The notes under the pieces: model-generated
The model's input: the letters and a program-made list of their open reading frames with translations, nothing else
What the model was told of the DNA's origin: nothing
The model's database searches: none
Program-made: the position numbers and the translations under genes
In this document: positions 10,185 through 19,995 of the stretch, one piece after another
Layout: every line of letters begins with the position of its first letter
How positions within the stretch are numbered: the stretch's first letter is position 1
Assembly: GCA_039809245.1 (NCBI GenBank)
Contig: JBDHUP010000002.1
Span: 11,188-75,187, forward strand
Direction: 5' to 3'
Source of the DNA: Minisyncoccia bacterium
Lineage (GTDB): Bacteria; Patescibacteriota; Minisyncoccia; Phycocordibacterales; UBA9973
Length of the DNA stretch: 64,000 nt

Positions 10185-11978
10185 TTATCCGAAAGTGAAA
10201 GTAAACGCTTTAAGTCCTGATTCAGGAATTTTTATATGAAGTTTATGTTTGCCATATGTATCACCTGATACTATGGTATACAGCTGTTCATTCTTTATAT
10301 TTATTTTTTTAGACAATACGTCGTCTATATAAATTTCAACTTCTATACCTTGTGGTGAACTAGCAACCATATATACATTCTTAGCATCATAGTCGAAATA
10401 TATAGTAGAAGAGTTTTTGTTCTCAGCATATTCAGAAGCAATATTCCAAGTCCCCTCTAAATACAATCTATTAGGAAGTTTAATGATTGGCAACTTAAAC
10501 GATTGATCTCCTGTCGTATATATTTTACCGTTTGAAAGCAATTCGTTTCTAAAAGCACCGAAGTACGTCTCAGGACTATTAACTTTGCCTGGTTCTACAG
10601 AAACCACACCACTTGGGTTAGAAATACCTGTAGTTAATTCTTCTTTCATATCTAATCTTGCAGCTCTCTCTTTTAAAGCTTCTTGAATTCTTTTCTCTGT
10701 TATACCGTAATCCCCTTCTCCAGCATGGTCGTAGACTATGTAGCCATCAATATCGATAAGATATTTACGTGGCCAATACTGATTCTTGTAAGCAGTCCAA
10801 GTTGAGAAATCATTATCCAAAACAACTGGATATTTTATACCAAAATCCTTTACTGCATTCTCTACATTTTTTTGAACTTTCTCAAAAGAAAATTCTGGAG
10901 TATGGAGACCAATAATAACCAAACCTTCATCTTCATAAGTTTTATACCACTGGTTTAGATACGGAAGTGTTCGCTGGCAGTTAATACAACTGTAAGTCCA
11001 GATATCCAGCAGAACAACTTTTTTGCCTTTAAATTCAGATATTGTAATGGGCTTGCCATCAGTATTTATAAACCCATCTGGGGTACTAATATCAGGAGCA
11101 TATGTATACTTTTTAGCCTTTTGAGCAAGAGTTAAATATGTAACCTTGTTATCGGTCTGATTTGTTTGTGGAACATTATTATCATTATTAACAACATCTT
11201 CACTTGTAGATTGTCCATCTGCATTAATACTAGTTTCTTCTTTTTGTTTATCATTTTCTTCTAATAATTTTTGTTCGATTTTAGTTACATCTAAGAATCC
11301 AGAATCTAATATTTTTATTTGGAGCTTTTTATCGGCACCTGTAAGTATGGCAATGGCAACTAATATAAATATGATCCCAAATATTCTCTTAAACCAACCC
11401 CTAGAATCAGAAACTACCCCAATCTTATTCATTATTCTCTGACCTATGAAAGCTATAAATAATAAAGCAAGACATAGACCAAGAACGTATACTAGTAAAT
11501 ATATTATTCCTAATATTGGAGTGGCTGGAAGGACTGTAGCAAGTATTACAAAGTATGTAGGGCTACAAGCAGAAAATATAGGGCCTAGGCTTGCTCCTAT
11601 AATTAGATCTCCCCAGAAATTATTCTTCTGATAACCTTTTGATAATACTTCGTTTGATTTACGACTGATTAGATTTGTAAATGAAAATCTTTCCCAAATA
11701 CCAGGGAAAACCATAATGAGTCCAAAGAATAATATTATTCCTCCTGATATCCATTTCCAGAAATCCTGTGGTATATCTATAAACAAAGTACTAACCTTAA
11801 GTAAGAAAGTGAAAATTATTATTGATCCGCCGAGAGAAAGTATAATGGTGAACAATCTTTTCTTACTGACGGTAGGATCAGATATAGAGTGGCCTATAAT
11901 TACTGGTAAAAGTGGTAGTATGCATGGAGCAAGCACTGTCAGAACTCCAGCTATAAATGAAATAAATAAGAATAACAT
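10185..11978 (-). CDS. DipZ-like protein (CcdA/DsbD membrane domain plus thioredoxin)
   Basis: APCILPLLP, WTYSCINCQRT, HTPEF, YWPRKYLID, C-terminal AFTFTFG. Confidence 0.9.
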   Translation of the reverse strand: MLFLFISFIAGVLTVLAPCILPLLPVIIGHSISDPTVSKKRLFTIILSLGGSIIIFTFLLKVSTLFIDIPQDFWKWISGGIILFFGLIMVFPGIWERFSFTNLISRKSNEVLSKGYQKNNFWGDLIIGASLGPIFSACSPTYFVILATVLPATPILGIIYLLVYVLGLCLALLFIAFIGQRIMNKIGVVSDSRGWFKRIFGIIFILVAIAILTGADKKLQIKILDSGFLDVTKIEQKLLEENDKQKEETSINADGQSTSEDVVNNDNNVPQTNQTDNKVTYLTLAQKAKKYTYAPDISTPDGFINTDGKPITISEFKGKKVVLLDIWTYSCINCQRTLPYLNQWYKTYEDEGLVIIGLHTPEFSFEKVQKNVENAVKDFGIKYPVVLDNDFSTWTAYKNQYWPRKYLIDIDGYIVYDHAGEGDYGITEKRIQEALKERAARLDMKEELTTGISNPSGVVSVEPGKVNSPETYFGAFRNELLSNGKIYTTGDQSFKLPIIKLPNRLYLEGTWNIASEYAENKNSSTIYFDYDAKNVYMVASSPQGIEVEIYIDDVLSKKINIKNEQLYTIVSGDTYGKHKLHIKIPESGLKAFTFTFG

Positions 11979-12007
11979 TACTTTAGTATATAAAATAACA
12001 AATCCTA

Positions 12008-12025
12008 TGTAAAGTTGGCTTTACA
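12008..12025. promoter_or_regulatory. Palindromic operator-like site, copy 1
   Basis: TGTAAAG-TTGG-CTTTACA inside a longer inverted repeat (12001-12032), upstream of the dipZ-like gene. Confidence 0.6.
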
Positions 12026-12047
12026 TAGGATTTGTGGATAACTAAGA

Positions 12048-12410
12048 CTATAGGTTCCTATCACTCCAAAAACGAGATACCATTTTCACAATAATCATTG
12101 TGATAAGAGTTAAGACAAGCCAAGGATCTACAGAATGAGAATACCCCTGGATAATTATACCGAGCATTAGGATGGCAGAACCACCTAGAAAGGCATTCCT
12201 TCCAGCTAAAGTTCTATGTACATTGTCCCTCTCATCGAGAGCTTTTTCTCTTAAAACAAAACTTGCAAATATAGCAAATAATACAAGTGCGCACGCAAGC
12301 ATTCCCATAACCATCATATCAGGCATCCAGAAGTGGAAAGGATTCAATAGTAAAATGGCTACTATTATAAGACACAGAGTGATAATTGTTTCTTTTATAT
12401 TATTTTTCAT
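12048..12410 (-). CDS. Small membrane protein (DUF2178-like, DER motif)
   Basis: Four hydrophobic segments, LDERD; overlaps the XRE gene. Confidence 0.65.
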   Translation of the reverse strand: MKNNIKETIITLCLIIVAILLLNPFHFWMPDMMVMGMLACALVLFAIFASFVLREKALDERDNVHRTLAGRNAFLGGSAILMLGIIIQGYSHSVDPWLVLTLITMIIVKMVSRFWSDRNL

Positions 12411-12612
12411 ATGATATTTTAAATATTTTCTCTACTGGAACTTTGAAGAAATTACTAATCTTTAGAGCAAGTAATATAGAAGGGGTATAGTTCCCTTTTT
12501 CCATAGCAATAATAGTTTGACGACTAACATCAACTTTCTTTGCTAAATCTTCTTGGGTAACCCCCATATCAGATCTTAATTTACTTACTTCATTTTTAAT
12601 AACTTCTTTCAT
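12400..12612 (-). CDS. XRE-family HTH transcriptional regulator
   Basis: TQEDLAKKVDVSRQTIIAMEKGNYTPSILLALKI. Confidence 0.92.
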   Translation of the reverse strand: MKEVIKNEVSKLRSDMGVTQEDLAKKVDVSRQTIIAMEKGNYTPSILLALKISNFFKVPVEKIFKISYEK

Positions 12613-12649
12613 AAATTTTACCTTTTAATTATACATAATAAAAATACAT

Positions 12650-12667
12650 TGTAAAGATAACTTTACA
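12650..12667. promoter_or_regulatory. Palindromic operator-like site, copy 2
   Basis: TGTAAAG-ATAA-CTTTACA inside a long perfect inverted repeat upstream of the XRE gene; may double as the tRNA-His terminator. Confidence 0.6.
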
Positions 12668-12678
12668 ATGTATTTTTA

Positions 12679-12754
12679 TGGGGTGCCTACTGGGATTTGA
12701 ACCCAGACTGAGAGTTCCACAAACTCTAGTGCTAACCATTACACTATAGGCACC
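12679..12754 (-). tRNA. tRNA-His (GTG)
   Basis: Cloverleaf GGTGCCTATAGTGTAATGG...AGAGT-TT-GTG-GA-ACTCT...GGTTCAAATCC...GGCACCCCA; G-1 and CCA encoded. Confidence 0.95.
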
Positions 12755-12822
12755 ATATTACAGCCCCGCCTAAGGCGGGGCGATTACACTGTTATACCAG
12801 AAAACTGCTTATTAATCCAGGC

Positions 12823-13242
12823 CTAATACAATTCTAAGTGTATATATGATAATACAAAAATAAGAATTGATATGAAAGCAGAACAAAGGCACCATACACA
12901 CCACTGTTTAATAACAAAAGCTTGCATAGAAACAAGATATATAGAAAATAAAACAGCCGACATACTGACACCTAGAATTATAAAACCAGTTAGCGGAGAC
13001 CAAAAATTAAAAACAAAAACTATACTATAAATACTACCTATAAAAAAATAGTAAATCATCCCTAGAACTTCAACCGGAATACCTAGGATTTTAGAATAAT
13101 CAGAATGTATAACCGTATCGCAATTTGATCTTCTAGGGCAAACAAGCTTCTTTTTTGCTTTCTTTTTTCCATAGATATACGTAGCTATGAAAAACCCTAT
13201 AAGTCCTAACAATACTATGACATTGATAATTATTGTGTGCAT
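12823..13242 (-). CDS. Vitamin K epoxide reductase (VKOR) family protein
   Basis: C-x5-C-DTVIHSDYS and WCVWC. Confidence 0.9.
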   Translation of the reverse strand: MHTIIINVIVLLGLIGFFIATYIYGKKKAKKKLVCPRRSNCDTVIHSDYSKILGIPVEVLGMIYYFFIGSIYSIVFVFNFWSPLTGFIILGVSMSAVLFSIYLVSMQAFVIKQWCVWCLCSAFISILIFVLSYIHLELY

Positions 13243-13243
13243 A

Positions 13244-15364
13244 TTATTTACAAATTGTATTGGTAAGTGGTTCAGTAAGTATCATAGAAACTCCAGTATT
13301 ATCGATACAGTATGTTGACGTTGGTGAACTTGCAAGTGGAACAGCGACCGCCCACGTATTTAATGTTGAGAAACATTGTCCTTTGTCTCCTGTTATATCA
13401 AGTATTTCATTCATTATTCCTGCTATTGTCCCAACTGAATTTGCAGCACCTTTAGTATGTCCAACTGGGGAGAATAGTGATCCAGAGCTTGGTTCAGTAC
13501 AGCTTCCTCCTAGGTTTGCATGTTTACCATAAGACCCTATTGCATTACGCAAAATCAATGACGCATCCTTAAATGAAGCTAGTGTATCTTTTAATTTTTG
13601 ATCAGAGATTAGATTAATAAAATCTGGTAATGGGGTTACTTTTTTAGGTATAGTTATATCGTTAATTACATCAAAGTCATAGAGTGTGGTCTGCCAATCA
13701 AGTGTGACTATATTGCCAGCTATGCCAGAATCATCTAAGCTTATAACTTTTGAAAGTGGAATATTAATAGAGAATTTATATTGATGGATAAGTGAATCAT
13801 TCTTCCCTACCCACACATCAAATGAATTCAGGGTTGTAGAACCAAGAGCTTCGCTTACACCTTGTTTATTTGAATCAGAGAAACTAGAAATAACTGGGTC
13901 AGCAAATGAATTGAGTAATTTCTTTGTCTCTGTCCTATCAGCTGTTATTTGATAATGGTACATAGCTTGACCTTTTATATTCTCTGGATCTTTTTCTATA
14001 ACATTTACGCTATTGATAAAAGTCTCAAGCGAACTCCCCATATTATTAATTAAAATATTTGGTACTCCATCAGACAGTATATTATACGTATCGGCTTTTC
14101 TTACTTGATCTGCCCAATTTTTTGGCAAGAAAGTTAGTAGTAGCTCTGTTTGATTACTATCAACAGAAACTATCCCAGTAGGAAGAGCTTTCTCACCTAA
14201 AAGACCCTTCATATCTGGGGCTTCTATATACATTGTTGAACCATCATATTTGATATTGGAATTTATATCATTTTTAAGAAGTGAACTTTTTATATTTAGA
14301 GAATAACTAGATAGAGATGGTAGTGGGCTATTTTTGTAATTCTGATTTAAACCTTTTATGTTTAATGAAAATGTGTCCTTGTTGTTAGAAGCTACTGGAT
14401 CTCCACTTGTAAGACCATTCGTTATGTTTGCAAAAGAAGGTAGTGAAACTATTATATGTGTTTCTGATTTATATGATTGAAGATCTGCTAGTGTTGCAGC
14501 TGTACCAAGAAGTAAAACTTTTGGATCTTTCTTAATAAAAGAAAAAGATGGGGTTTTAATATATCCAGAAATCATAGCAAAAGAAATTCCCCCTATAATA
14601 AGTAGGATGAGAATAAAAACTAGTAGAAGTTTTCTACTTTTTTGTTTCTTCTTCGGAGCAACTTCTACTTGTTTACTGCTTGAAGCAGCAATATCTCTTG
14701 AAAGAGTTGTTAAAAGAGCTCCTTCTGGTATATTTTTAACAATCGAATCTACTGTTGGTTGTGTACTTGTAGCTGGGGGTCTAGGAATAAATGAAGGGGG
14801 GACTTTAGGTATTAGTTTTGGGATAGATTCCTCTTTCTCTATAGGTATTGGCTTTATTTCTGGAGAATTTTTAGGAATGAAAGAACTATGTCTAATGTCA
14901 GACATCGGAGTGATAACGGGTTTAAACTCTTCTTTTTTTACTGGTTTTACTTCTGGTTTTGCTTCTATTTTTGGAATTTCGTAAGAATTAATAGGACTTA
15001 TTGCTACCTCTTCTTTTATAGGATCTGTAGCTATAGAAACAATAGGTGCCTTTGGTTTTATAGGTATGATAGGTGCATTTACAACAACAGAATTACTAAT
15101 TTCAGGTACTTCACGGTATTTATCGAAATTACTTGTCGATGTTTTAATTTCAGGAGGAATTTCTATTGCAACAGGAGCCTTATTAACTATAGTTTGAGGA
15201 GGAGTATACTTTGGAGTAATTTTAGGAGGATTTATTTTCTCGAAACCTAGAGCAATATCATCAGCATGCCATCCAGCCTTTTGTAGTCGTGATGAAATTT
15301 CATCATGACTACGATTTTTTCTAATTTGAGATTGAATAAAAGTAATGAGCTCCTCATTTATCAT
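13244..15364 (-). CDS. Hypothetical membrane-anchored protein with Pro-rich linker and pilin-like Cys-containing C-terminus
   Basis: N-terminal LQKAGW motif, low-complexity P/K/E linker, one TM segment, C-terminal YCIDNTG. Confidence 0.6.
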   Translation of the reverse strand: MINEELITFIQSQIRKNRSHDEISSRLQKAGWHADDIALGFEKINPPKITPKYTPPQTIVNKAPVAIEIPPEIKTSTSNFDKYREVPEISNSVVVNAPIIPIKPKAPIVSIATDPIKEEVAISPINSYEIPKIEAKPEVKPVKKEEFKPVITPMSDIRHSSFIPKNSPEIKPIPIEKEESIPKLIPKVPPSFIPRPPATSTQPTVDSIVKNIPEGALLTTLSRDIAASSSKQVEVAPKKKQKSRKLLLVFILILLIIGGISFAMISGYIKTPSFSFIKKDPKVLLLGTAATLADLQSYKSETHIIVSLPSFANITNGLTSGDPVASNNKDTFSLNIKGLNQNYKNSPLPSLSSYSLNIKSSLLKNDINSNIKYDGSTMYIEAPDMKGLLGEKALPTGIVSVDSNQTELLLTFLPKNWADQVRKADTYNILSDGVPNILINNMGSSLETFINSVNVIEKDPENIKGQAMYHYQITADRTETKKLLNSFADPVISSFSDSNKQGVSEALGSTTLNSFDVWVGKNDSLIHQYKFSINIPLSKVISLDDSGIAGNIVTLDWQTTLYDFDVINDITIPKKVTPLPDFINLISDQKLKDTLASFKDASLILRNAIGSYGKHANLGGSCTEPSSGSLFSPVGHTKGAANSVGTIAGIMNEILDITGDKGQCFSTLNTWAVAVPLASSPTSTYCIDNTGVSMILTEPLTNTICK

Positions 15365-15389
15365 ATACTATATAGTATATCATTTAGAG

Positions 15390-15959
15390 TTAAAATTCAT
15401 AGACATATATATGTCTTGCGAGTTTATACTTTCCCCTATTTAGATCGATAGCTAGCTTTGGTTGTTTCTGTGTAAATTTAAATGATACAGAAACCAATTT
15501 TGTTCCAGGTTTTAACTCACGATCAAATTTAGTGATTAGATCATCCATGACATTTGGGTATAGGTAAGTAAATACATGCGTTGCATCCGATAGATCTCTT
15601 TCAAAAAAATTCTGATTTATTATTTCTATTTTTGTTCCTGTTGTTTTTGTGTGCCACCAACCTCTAAATCGAGCAAGTAGTAATGGAAATAGACTATTTT
15701 CAATGCCTATATATTTTGCTTTTGGTGATAACTTAGAGCAATAAAATAATACTCTACCTTCTCCACAACCTAAATCGTAAACAGTACTGCCGTCTTTAAT
15801 TTCAAGTGCTTTGTAAATATCTCCTAATATATTATTAGATACTGGAATGAACGGTACCTTTGCTCGAATTCCTGACCACATCCAAATTAGCAATAAAACA
15901 AATATTCCGAAGAATATGATAACTAAAATCCATTGAAGAATAGAGAATAGTAATATCAT
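15390..15959 (-). CDS. Class I SAM-dependent methyltransferase
   Basis: VPFIP, VYDLGCGEGR. Confidence 0.85.
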   Translation of the reverse strand: MILLFSILQWILVIIFFGIFVLLLIWMWSGIRAKVPFIPVSNNILGDIYKALEIKDGSTVYDLGCGEGRVLFYCSKLSPKAKYIGIENSLFPLLLARFRGWWHTKTTGTKIEIINQNFFERDLSDATHVFTYLYPNVMDDLITKFDRELKPGTKLVSVSFKFTQKQPKLAIDLNRGKYKLARHIYVYEF

Positions 15960-16498
15960 ATATTATCTTTCCAATTTATATGTTTTTCTTCACGAATAGC
16001 ACAAGTACGATTTACAAAATCCTCACGACCCGAACCCTTTCTATATGAAGCATAGTGATCAGGATTTTTCATAGCATAATTCTGGTGATATTCTTCTGCT
16101 TTATAAAATGGCTTTGCTTCGAGCACTTCAACTGCATGAGGTTTATTGTACACATGGCTCTCATCTAATTCTTTGAGTAAGCTACTAGCAATATTCTTCT
16201 CTTCTTCATTTGAGAAATATATTGCTGTTTTATAAGACTCTCCCCTGTCTCCAAATTGTCCTCCTTCATCAGTAGGATCTATGTGGTCAAGGAAAAATTG
16301 AACCAACTTTCTAAAGGAAGTTTTAGTAGGATCATATTCGACTTCGACAGCTTCTCTGTGACCTTTGTGATTATGATAGTCTGGGTTTGTTGAATCCCCT
16401 CCGGTATATCCTGAAACAACATTTACAACCCCTTCGGCTTCGTGAAGATCATGCTCAACACACCAAAAGCATCCACCTGCAAATATAACTTTATTCAT
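15956..16498 (-). CDS. msrA: Peptide-methionine (S)-S-oxide reductase
   Basis: FAGGCFWC, GYTGG, AEEYHQNY; start moved to ATG 16498 because the longer ORF overlaps tRNA-Leu. Confidence 0.95.
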   Translation of the reverse strand: MNKVIFAGGCFWCVEHDLHEAEGVVNVVSGYTGGDSTNPDYHNHKGHREAVEVEYDPTKTSFRKLVQFFLDHIDPTDEGGQFGDRGESYKTAIYFSNEEEKNIASSLLKELDESHVYNKPHAVEVLEAKPFYKAEEYHQNYAMKNPDHYASYRKGSGREDFVNRTCAIREEKHINWKDNI

Positions 16499-16544
16499 AT
16501 AAATATTATACAGAAAACACAGACAATTGTCTGTGTTTTTGTTG

Positions 16545-16628
16545 TGCACGGGAGAAGATTTGAACTTCCACAGGGTTGCCCCCGCTACCACCTCAAGGTA
16601 GTGCGTCTACCAGTTTCGCCACCCGTGC
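16545..16628 (-). tRNA. tRNA-Leu (GAG)
   Basis: GCACGGGTGGCGAAACTGGTAGACGC, CTACC-TT-GAG-GT-GGTAG, long variable arm, GTTCAAATC. Confidence 0.95.
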
Positions 16629-16703
16629 ATATACGAACCCCCCGAGTATAACCAATTACTAGTCTTTTTTCAACAAAAATCCCGCACTAGGCGGGATTTT
16701 CTA

Positions 16704-17108
16704 TTATTCATTTGTAGATGATTCTTCTGAATCTTCTTTAGAAAGAGTAACACTTTTAAGGCGTTTCTTAACTTCCTTAACTGCTTTGGTACGTATATAG
16801 TAAAGTTTACTCTTGCGAGTCTTTGATTTACGTAGAACTTCTATTTTGTCTATATTTGGAGAATATAGAGGGAAAATACGCTCAACTCCTACACCTGAAG
16901 CAACTTTTCGAACAGTAAATGTCGCTCCACTTTCAGCCCCGTGCTTGCGAGATAATACAAGCCCTTCAAATGCCTGAAGGCGAGTCTTTCCTTTTTCTTG
17001 AATTTTGTTCCATACACGAACACTATCACCAGCTTTGAAATCAAGCTTTTTACGGCTTGCCATATCTACTGTTGTGAACTGTACTTTAGTTAAATCCGCT
17101 GTTGTCAT
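16704..17108 (-). CDS. rplS: 50S ribosomal protein L19
   Basis: FKAGDSVRV...RLQAFEG...[17 protein letters not shown]...KLYYIR; start taken as ATG 17108. Confidence 0.96.
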   Translation of the reverse strand: MTTADLTKVQFTTVDMASRKKLDFKAGDSVRVWNKIQEKGKTRLQAFEGLVLSRKHGAESGATFTVRKVASGVGVERIFPLYSPNIDKIEVLRKSKTRKSKLYYIRTKAVKEVKKRLKSVTLSKEDSEESSTNE

Positions 17109-17158
17109 AGGGCCTACTTTATCATATATGCTTATTTTAAGCAAGAAATTCAGCCTCT

Positions 17159-17944
17159 TTATTTAAGATAAGTTTTTATGACCTTTTTGAAGTCTGATGG
17201 GAGTGGAGATTCAACAGTTTTAAGCTCACCGCTAGGTAAACGAAAAGTTACAGAACAAGCATGAAGAGCAAGTCTTTTCATTCCCAAAGCAAGATCTTTT
17301 GCTCCACGATAAAGTGGATCAGAAACTACTGGGTGGTTTATATATCGCATATGAACACGTATCTGATGAGTGCGCCCTGTCTTAGGGTAAACTTCTACAT
17401 ATGAAAATTGATGCTCGACTCCTGGTTTTGGTTTCTTAATATCTGAAAATCTATCGAGAACTATATAATTAGTTATCGCTTCACGAAGTGGTGGTCGAGC
17501 GCCACGTCCTGCAGTCCACATTCTTATATCTTTCGGACTGCGACCAATAGGGACATTTATGACTCCCTTTTTACCTGTTGCTAGTGAAGCTTTCGGATCT
17601 GAGACAAATCCATAAACAAAAGCTCGGTAAACTTTTTCAATCGTATGGTTCTGGAATTGGTCTTTTAAGAATTCAAATGTTTTTTGATTCTTTGCAACTA
17701 TTAAAACTCCTGAAGTCTCTTTATCTAGACGGTGGACTATTCCAGGACGACTAATTTTGACTTGCTTACCAGCATGTTCAACAGTCATAGGTTCACCTAC
17801 ATTTTTTAATTTTGGGTAGTTTTCTAAAATAAAATCAGAAACTGTCTTTTCAGTTGTTGTTCGAGCGTCTGGATGTACTGCAACTCCAGCTGGCTTATCT
17901 AGAACAAGCAGATTTTTATCTTCAAAAAGGATTTTAACTTTCAT
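17159..17944 (-). CDS. RluA/RluD family pseudouridine synthase
   Basis: [25 protein letters not shown]. Confidence 0.95.
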   Translation of the reverse strand: MKVKILFEDKNLLVLDKPAGVAVHPDARTTTEKTVSDFILENYPKLKNVGEPMTVEHAGKQVKISRPGIVHRLDKETSGVLIVAKNQKTFEFLKDQFQNHTIEKVYRAFVYGFVSDPKASLATGKKGVINVPIGRSPKDIRMWTAGRGARPPLREAITNYIVLDRFSDIKKPKPGVEHQFSYVEVYPKTGRTHQIRVHMRYINHPVVSDPLYRGAKDLALGMKRLALHACSVTFRLPSGELKTVESPLPSDFKKVIKTYLK

Positions 17945-18001
17945 AGCACTATAGTAGCACGGGATTGAAATATACCGAAAATATGCTAATATTCGAGTTA
18001 T

Positions 18002-18074
18002 GCGCGATTAGCTCAGTTGGTAGAGCAATCCGTTTACACCGGAAAGGTCGCAAGTTCGAGTCTTGCATCGCGCA
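18002..18074 (+). tRNA. tRNA-Val (TAC)
   Basis: GCGCGATTAGCTCAGTTGGTAGAGC, TCCG-TT-TAC-AC-CGGA, GTTCGAGTC. Confidence 0.93.
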
Positions 18075-18080
18075 CATAAT

Positions 18081-18121
18081 AAAAAGCCCTTAATCAAGTT
18101 TCATCTCGATTAAGGGCTTTT
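18081..18121. terminator. Bidirectional intrinsic terminator
   Basis: AAAAGCCCTTAATC...GATTAAGGGCTTTT between convergent tRNA-Val and the lipoprotein gene. Confidence 0.75.
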
Positions 18122-18127
18122 TTGTTT

Positions 18128-18847
18128 TTAATTATTTCTCTCTTCTTCTTCGTCGGGTTTGTTTTTGTCACCGACAATTTTGGCTGGATTTAAAACATCC
18201 GGCGATGTACTTGCAAATGGTGAAACAACATCAAAACCTTTCTTGTTTGTTTTTTGCTTAGTTTCAAGCGAAAACATCCATTGAAGTTTATTATCTAATG
18301 TTATCCTTGAAAGTAAGACTCCATCAACTGTTTGCGAGGCATTATTATTTGATTGGTACCAAGTCATTGGTCCATACAATAGTGATGCATCAGGGTCGTC
18401 ATTTTTATCCTTGCGGTAGTACCATATGTACATTTCACGGCCGGTTTGTTTGATGATGTATTTTACTTTCAATTTCCATATATTACGTGTATTTTTATAC
18501 CTTACAATACTGTCTACCTGGCCTTCAGTGCCAGAAGGTAAGAAGCCAGACATCATGTCTTTGGTCTTATCTTTTACAGATTGTACACGCCCATCCTGGA
18601 AATCCACAAATACTTTGGTCTGTTGGCTTTCTGCCCTCCATTGAACATCAGCAGTATTGAATAAATGAAGCTTTTTAATAACTGAATCCTGGTAATAACC
18701 AGAACCAAGTATTTCTTTTAAATCTGCTTCTGTCATAATTGTGGGAGTTTGACCAACCTTAGAAGAAACACCTTCATGTCTTGAAGATGAACAACTTGCT
18801 ATGAGGATAGCCACCCCCATAACTAAAAGCATTTTGATTTTTTTCAT
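18128..18847 (-). CDS. Hypothetical lipoprotein
   Basis: MKKIKMLLVMGVAILIASC lipobox-type signal peptide. Confidence 0.65.
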   Translation of the reverse strand: MKKIKMLLVMGVAILIASCSSSRHEGVSSKVGQTPTIMTEADLKEILGSGYYQDSVIKKLHLFNTADVQWRAESQQTKVFVDFQDGRVQSVKDKTKDMMSGFLPSGTEGQVDSIVRYKNTRNIWKLKVKYIIKQTGREMYIWYYRKDKNDDPDASLLYGPMTWYQSNNNASQTVDGVLLSRITLDNKLQWMFSLETKQKTNKKGFDVVSPFASTSPDVLNPAKIVGDKNKPDEEEERNN

Positions 18848-19072
18848 AACTGTGTTTTTAAGTTTTTTAGTTTTTGAGGGGTTGAATTACCCTTCATTTT
18901 GGCCACAAATTTTGCGGACAAGATGAAAGGCAATTCGGTAATCCATATTTCAAATATCTAAGATACGCCAATACCCTAGCATATTTTGAAGTATTTGTCA
19001 ATAAGCACCACCCTTCCATACCCTTTGAAAAATAAGCCTAAAGTGTTATTGTAGGTGTTATAGATAGTAAAT

Positions 19073-19144
19073 GCCCCTGTAGTTCAATGGATAGAACTGC
19101 GGACTTCTAAGCCGTCGATGTAGGTTCGATTCCTGCCAGGGGCA
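19073..19144 (+). tRNA. tRNA-Arg (TCT)
   Basis: GCCCCTGTAGTTCAATGGATAGAAC, loop CT-TCT-AA, GGTTCGATTCC. Confidence 0.92.
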
Positions 19145-19465
19145 CTATTGAGAGCTTGAATCTATGGTCACATCTGAGTGACCGCCTAATTCCCTCTCTT
19201 TTAGAGCTTTCTGCTTAAATGAATCTGTTACCTTTTTAAGGAGATCTTCTTTTAAGAGCCCTGGCTTTTCTGTGTTGGTTGGATCCACTTGGAATATTTG
19301 CTCATTTTTTATCTGATATAGAAGATATAAACTAAAAACTATAAGTAATAATACTACTACTAGAAATACCCTGGTTAAAATCATCCAGTGTTTGTGTGGA
19401 TTTATTTTCTCAGACGTATGTATAGCACTAGACTTCTTTTTAAATTTTTCTAAAAATTTAATCAT
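19145..19465 (-). CDS. Hypothetical membrane protein, last gene of the pilMNO operon
   Basis: One TM segment; directly follows the pilO-like gene. Confidence 0.6.
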   Translation of the reverse strand: MIKFLEKFKKKSSAIHTSEKINPHKHWMILTRVFLVVVLLLIVFSLYLLYQIKNEQIFQVDPTNTEKPGLLKEDLLKKVTDSFKQKALKERELGGHSDVTIDSSSQ

Positions 19466-19466
19466 A

Positions 19467-19994
19467 TTATTTGTTAGAAGTTAAGATATTAAAACTAATA
19501 TTTACTTGCCATAATGATACTTCGGTTTGTGTATCTGGTGCTTTTGTTAATGAAACTCTTTTTATACGAGTTTGATATGGAGAATTTTCAATTAGTTTAA
19601 TAATTCTCATAACATCAGCAAAACTACCATCCGAAGAAAGATCCACAGCTAGAATAGATTTATCATTTTGTAATACTTCAAAATTTTTAACTTTGGTTAC
19701 AACTCCAAAACCAGAACCAAGACCTTCTAAGTATTCTATAAATGTATCTATGTGGTTAGTATCGACAAAGTAGCTATCAATAATCTTTTTTGTATTTTCT
19801 ATTTCTGTAATTTTATTCGCTAGAGCTGAGTTATTCTCCTTATTAATTATTTTCTGGTTAAGAGTAGCTATGACAGCCGATGTATGTTCGTTTTTATTTG
19901 CAATTATTTTGAATATAAATACAAAAGCTCCTACAGATAATAAGACTGTAATTATCGATGAAAAGAATATGATTTTTGTATTGTTTTTACTCAT
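19467..19994 (-). CDS. PilO-like type IV pilus alignment protein
   Basis: TM segment, coiled coil, GSFADVMRIIKLIENSP; follows pilM/N. Confidence 0.7.
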   Translation of the reverse strand: MSKNNTKIIFFSSIITVLLSVGAFVFIFKIIANKNEHTSAVIATLNQKIINKENNSALANKITEIENTKKIIDSYFVDTNHIDTFIEYLEGLGSGFGVVTKVKNFEVLQNDKSILAVDLSSDGSFADVMRIIKLIENSPYQTRIKRVSLTKAPDTQTEVSLWQVNISFNILTSNK

Positions 19995-19995
19995 A

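Noticed and set aside
16499-16591. N-terminal extension of MsrA in the ORF track
   Set aside because: Overlaps tRNA-Leu and its terminator; the true start is ATG 16498.
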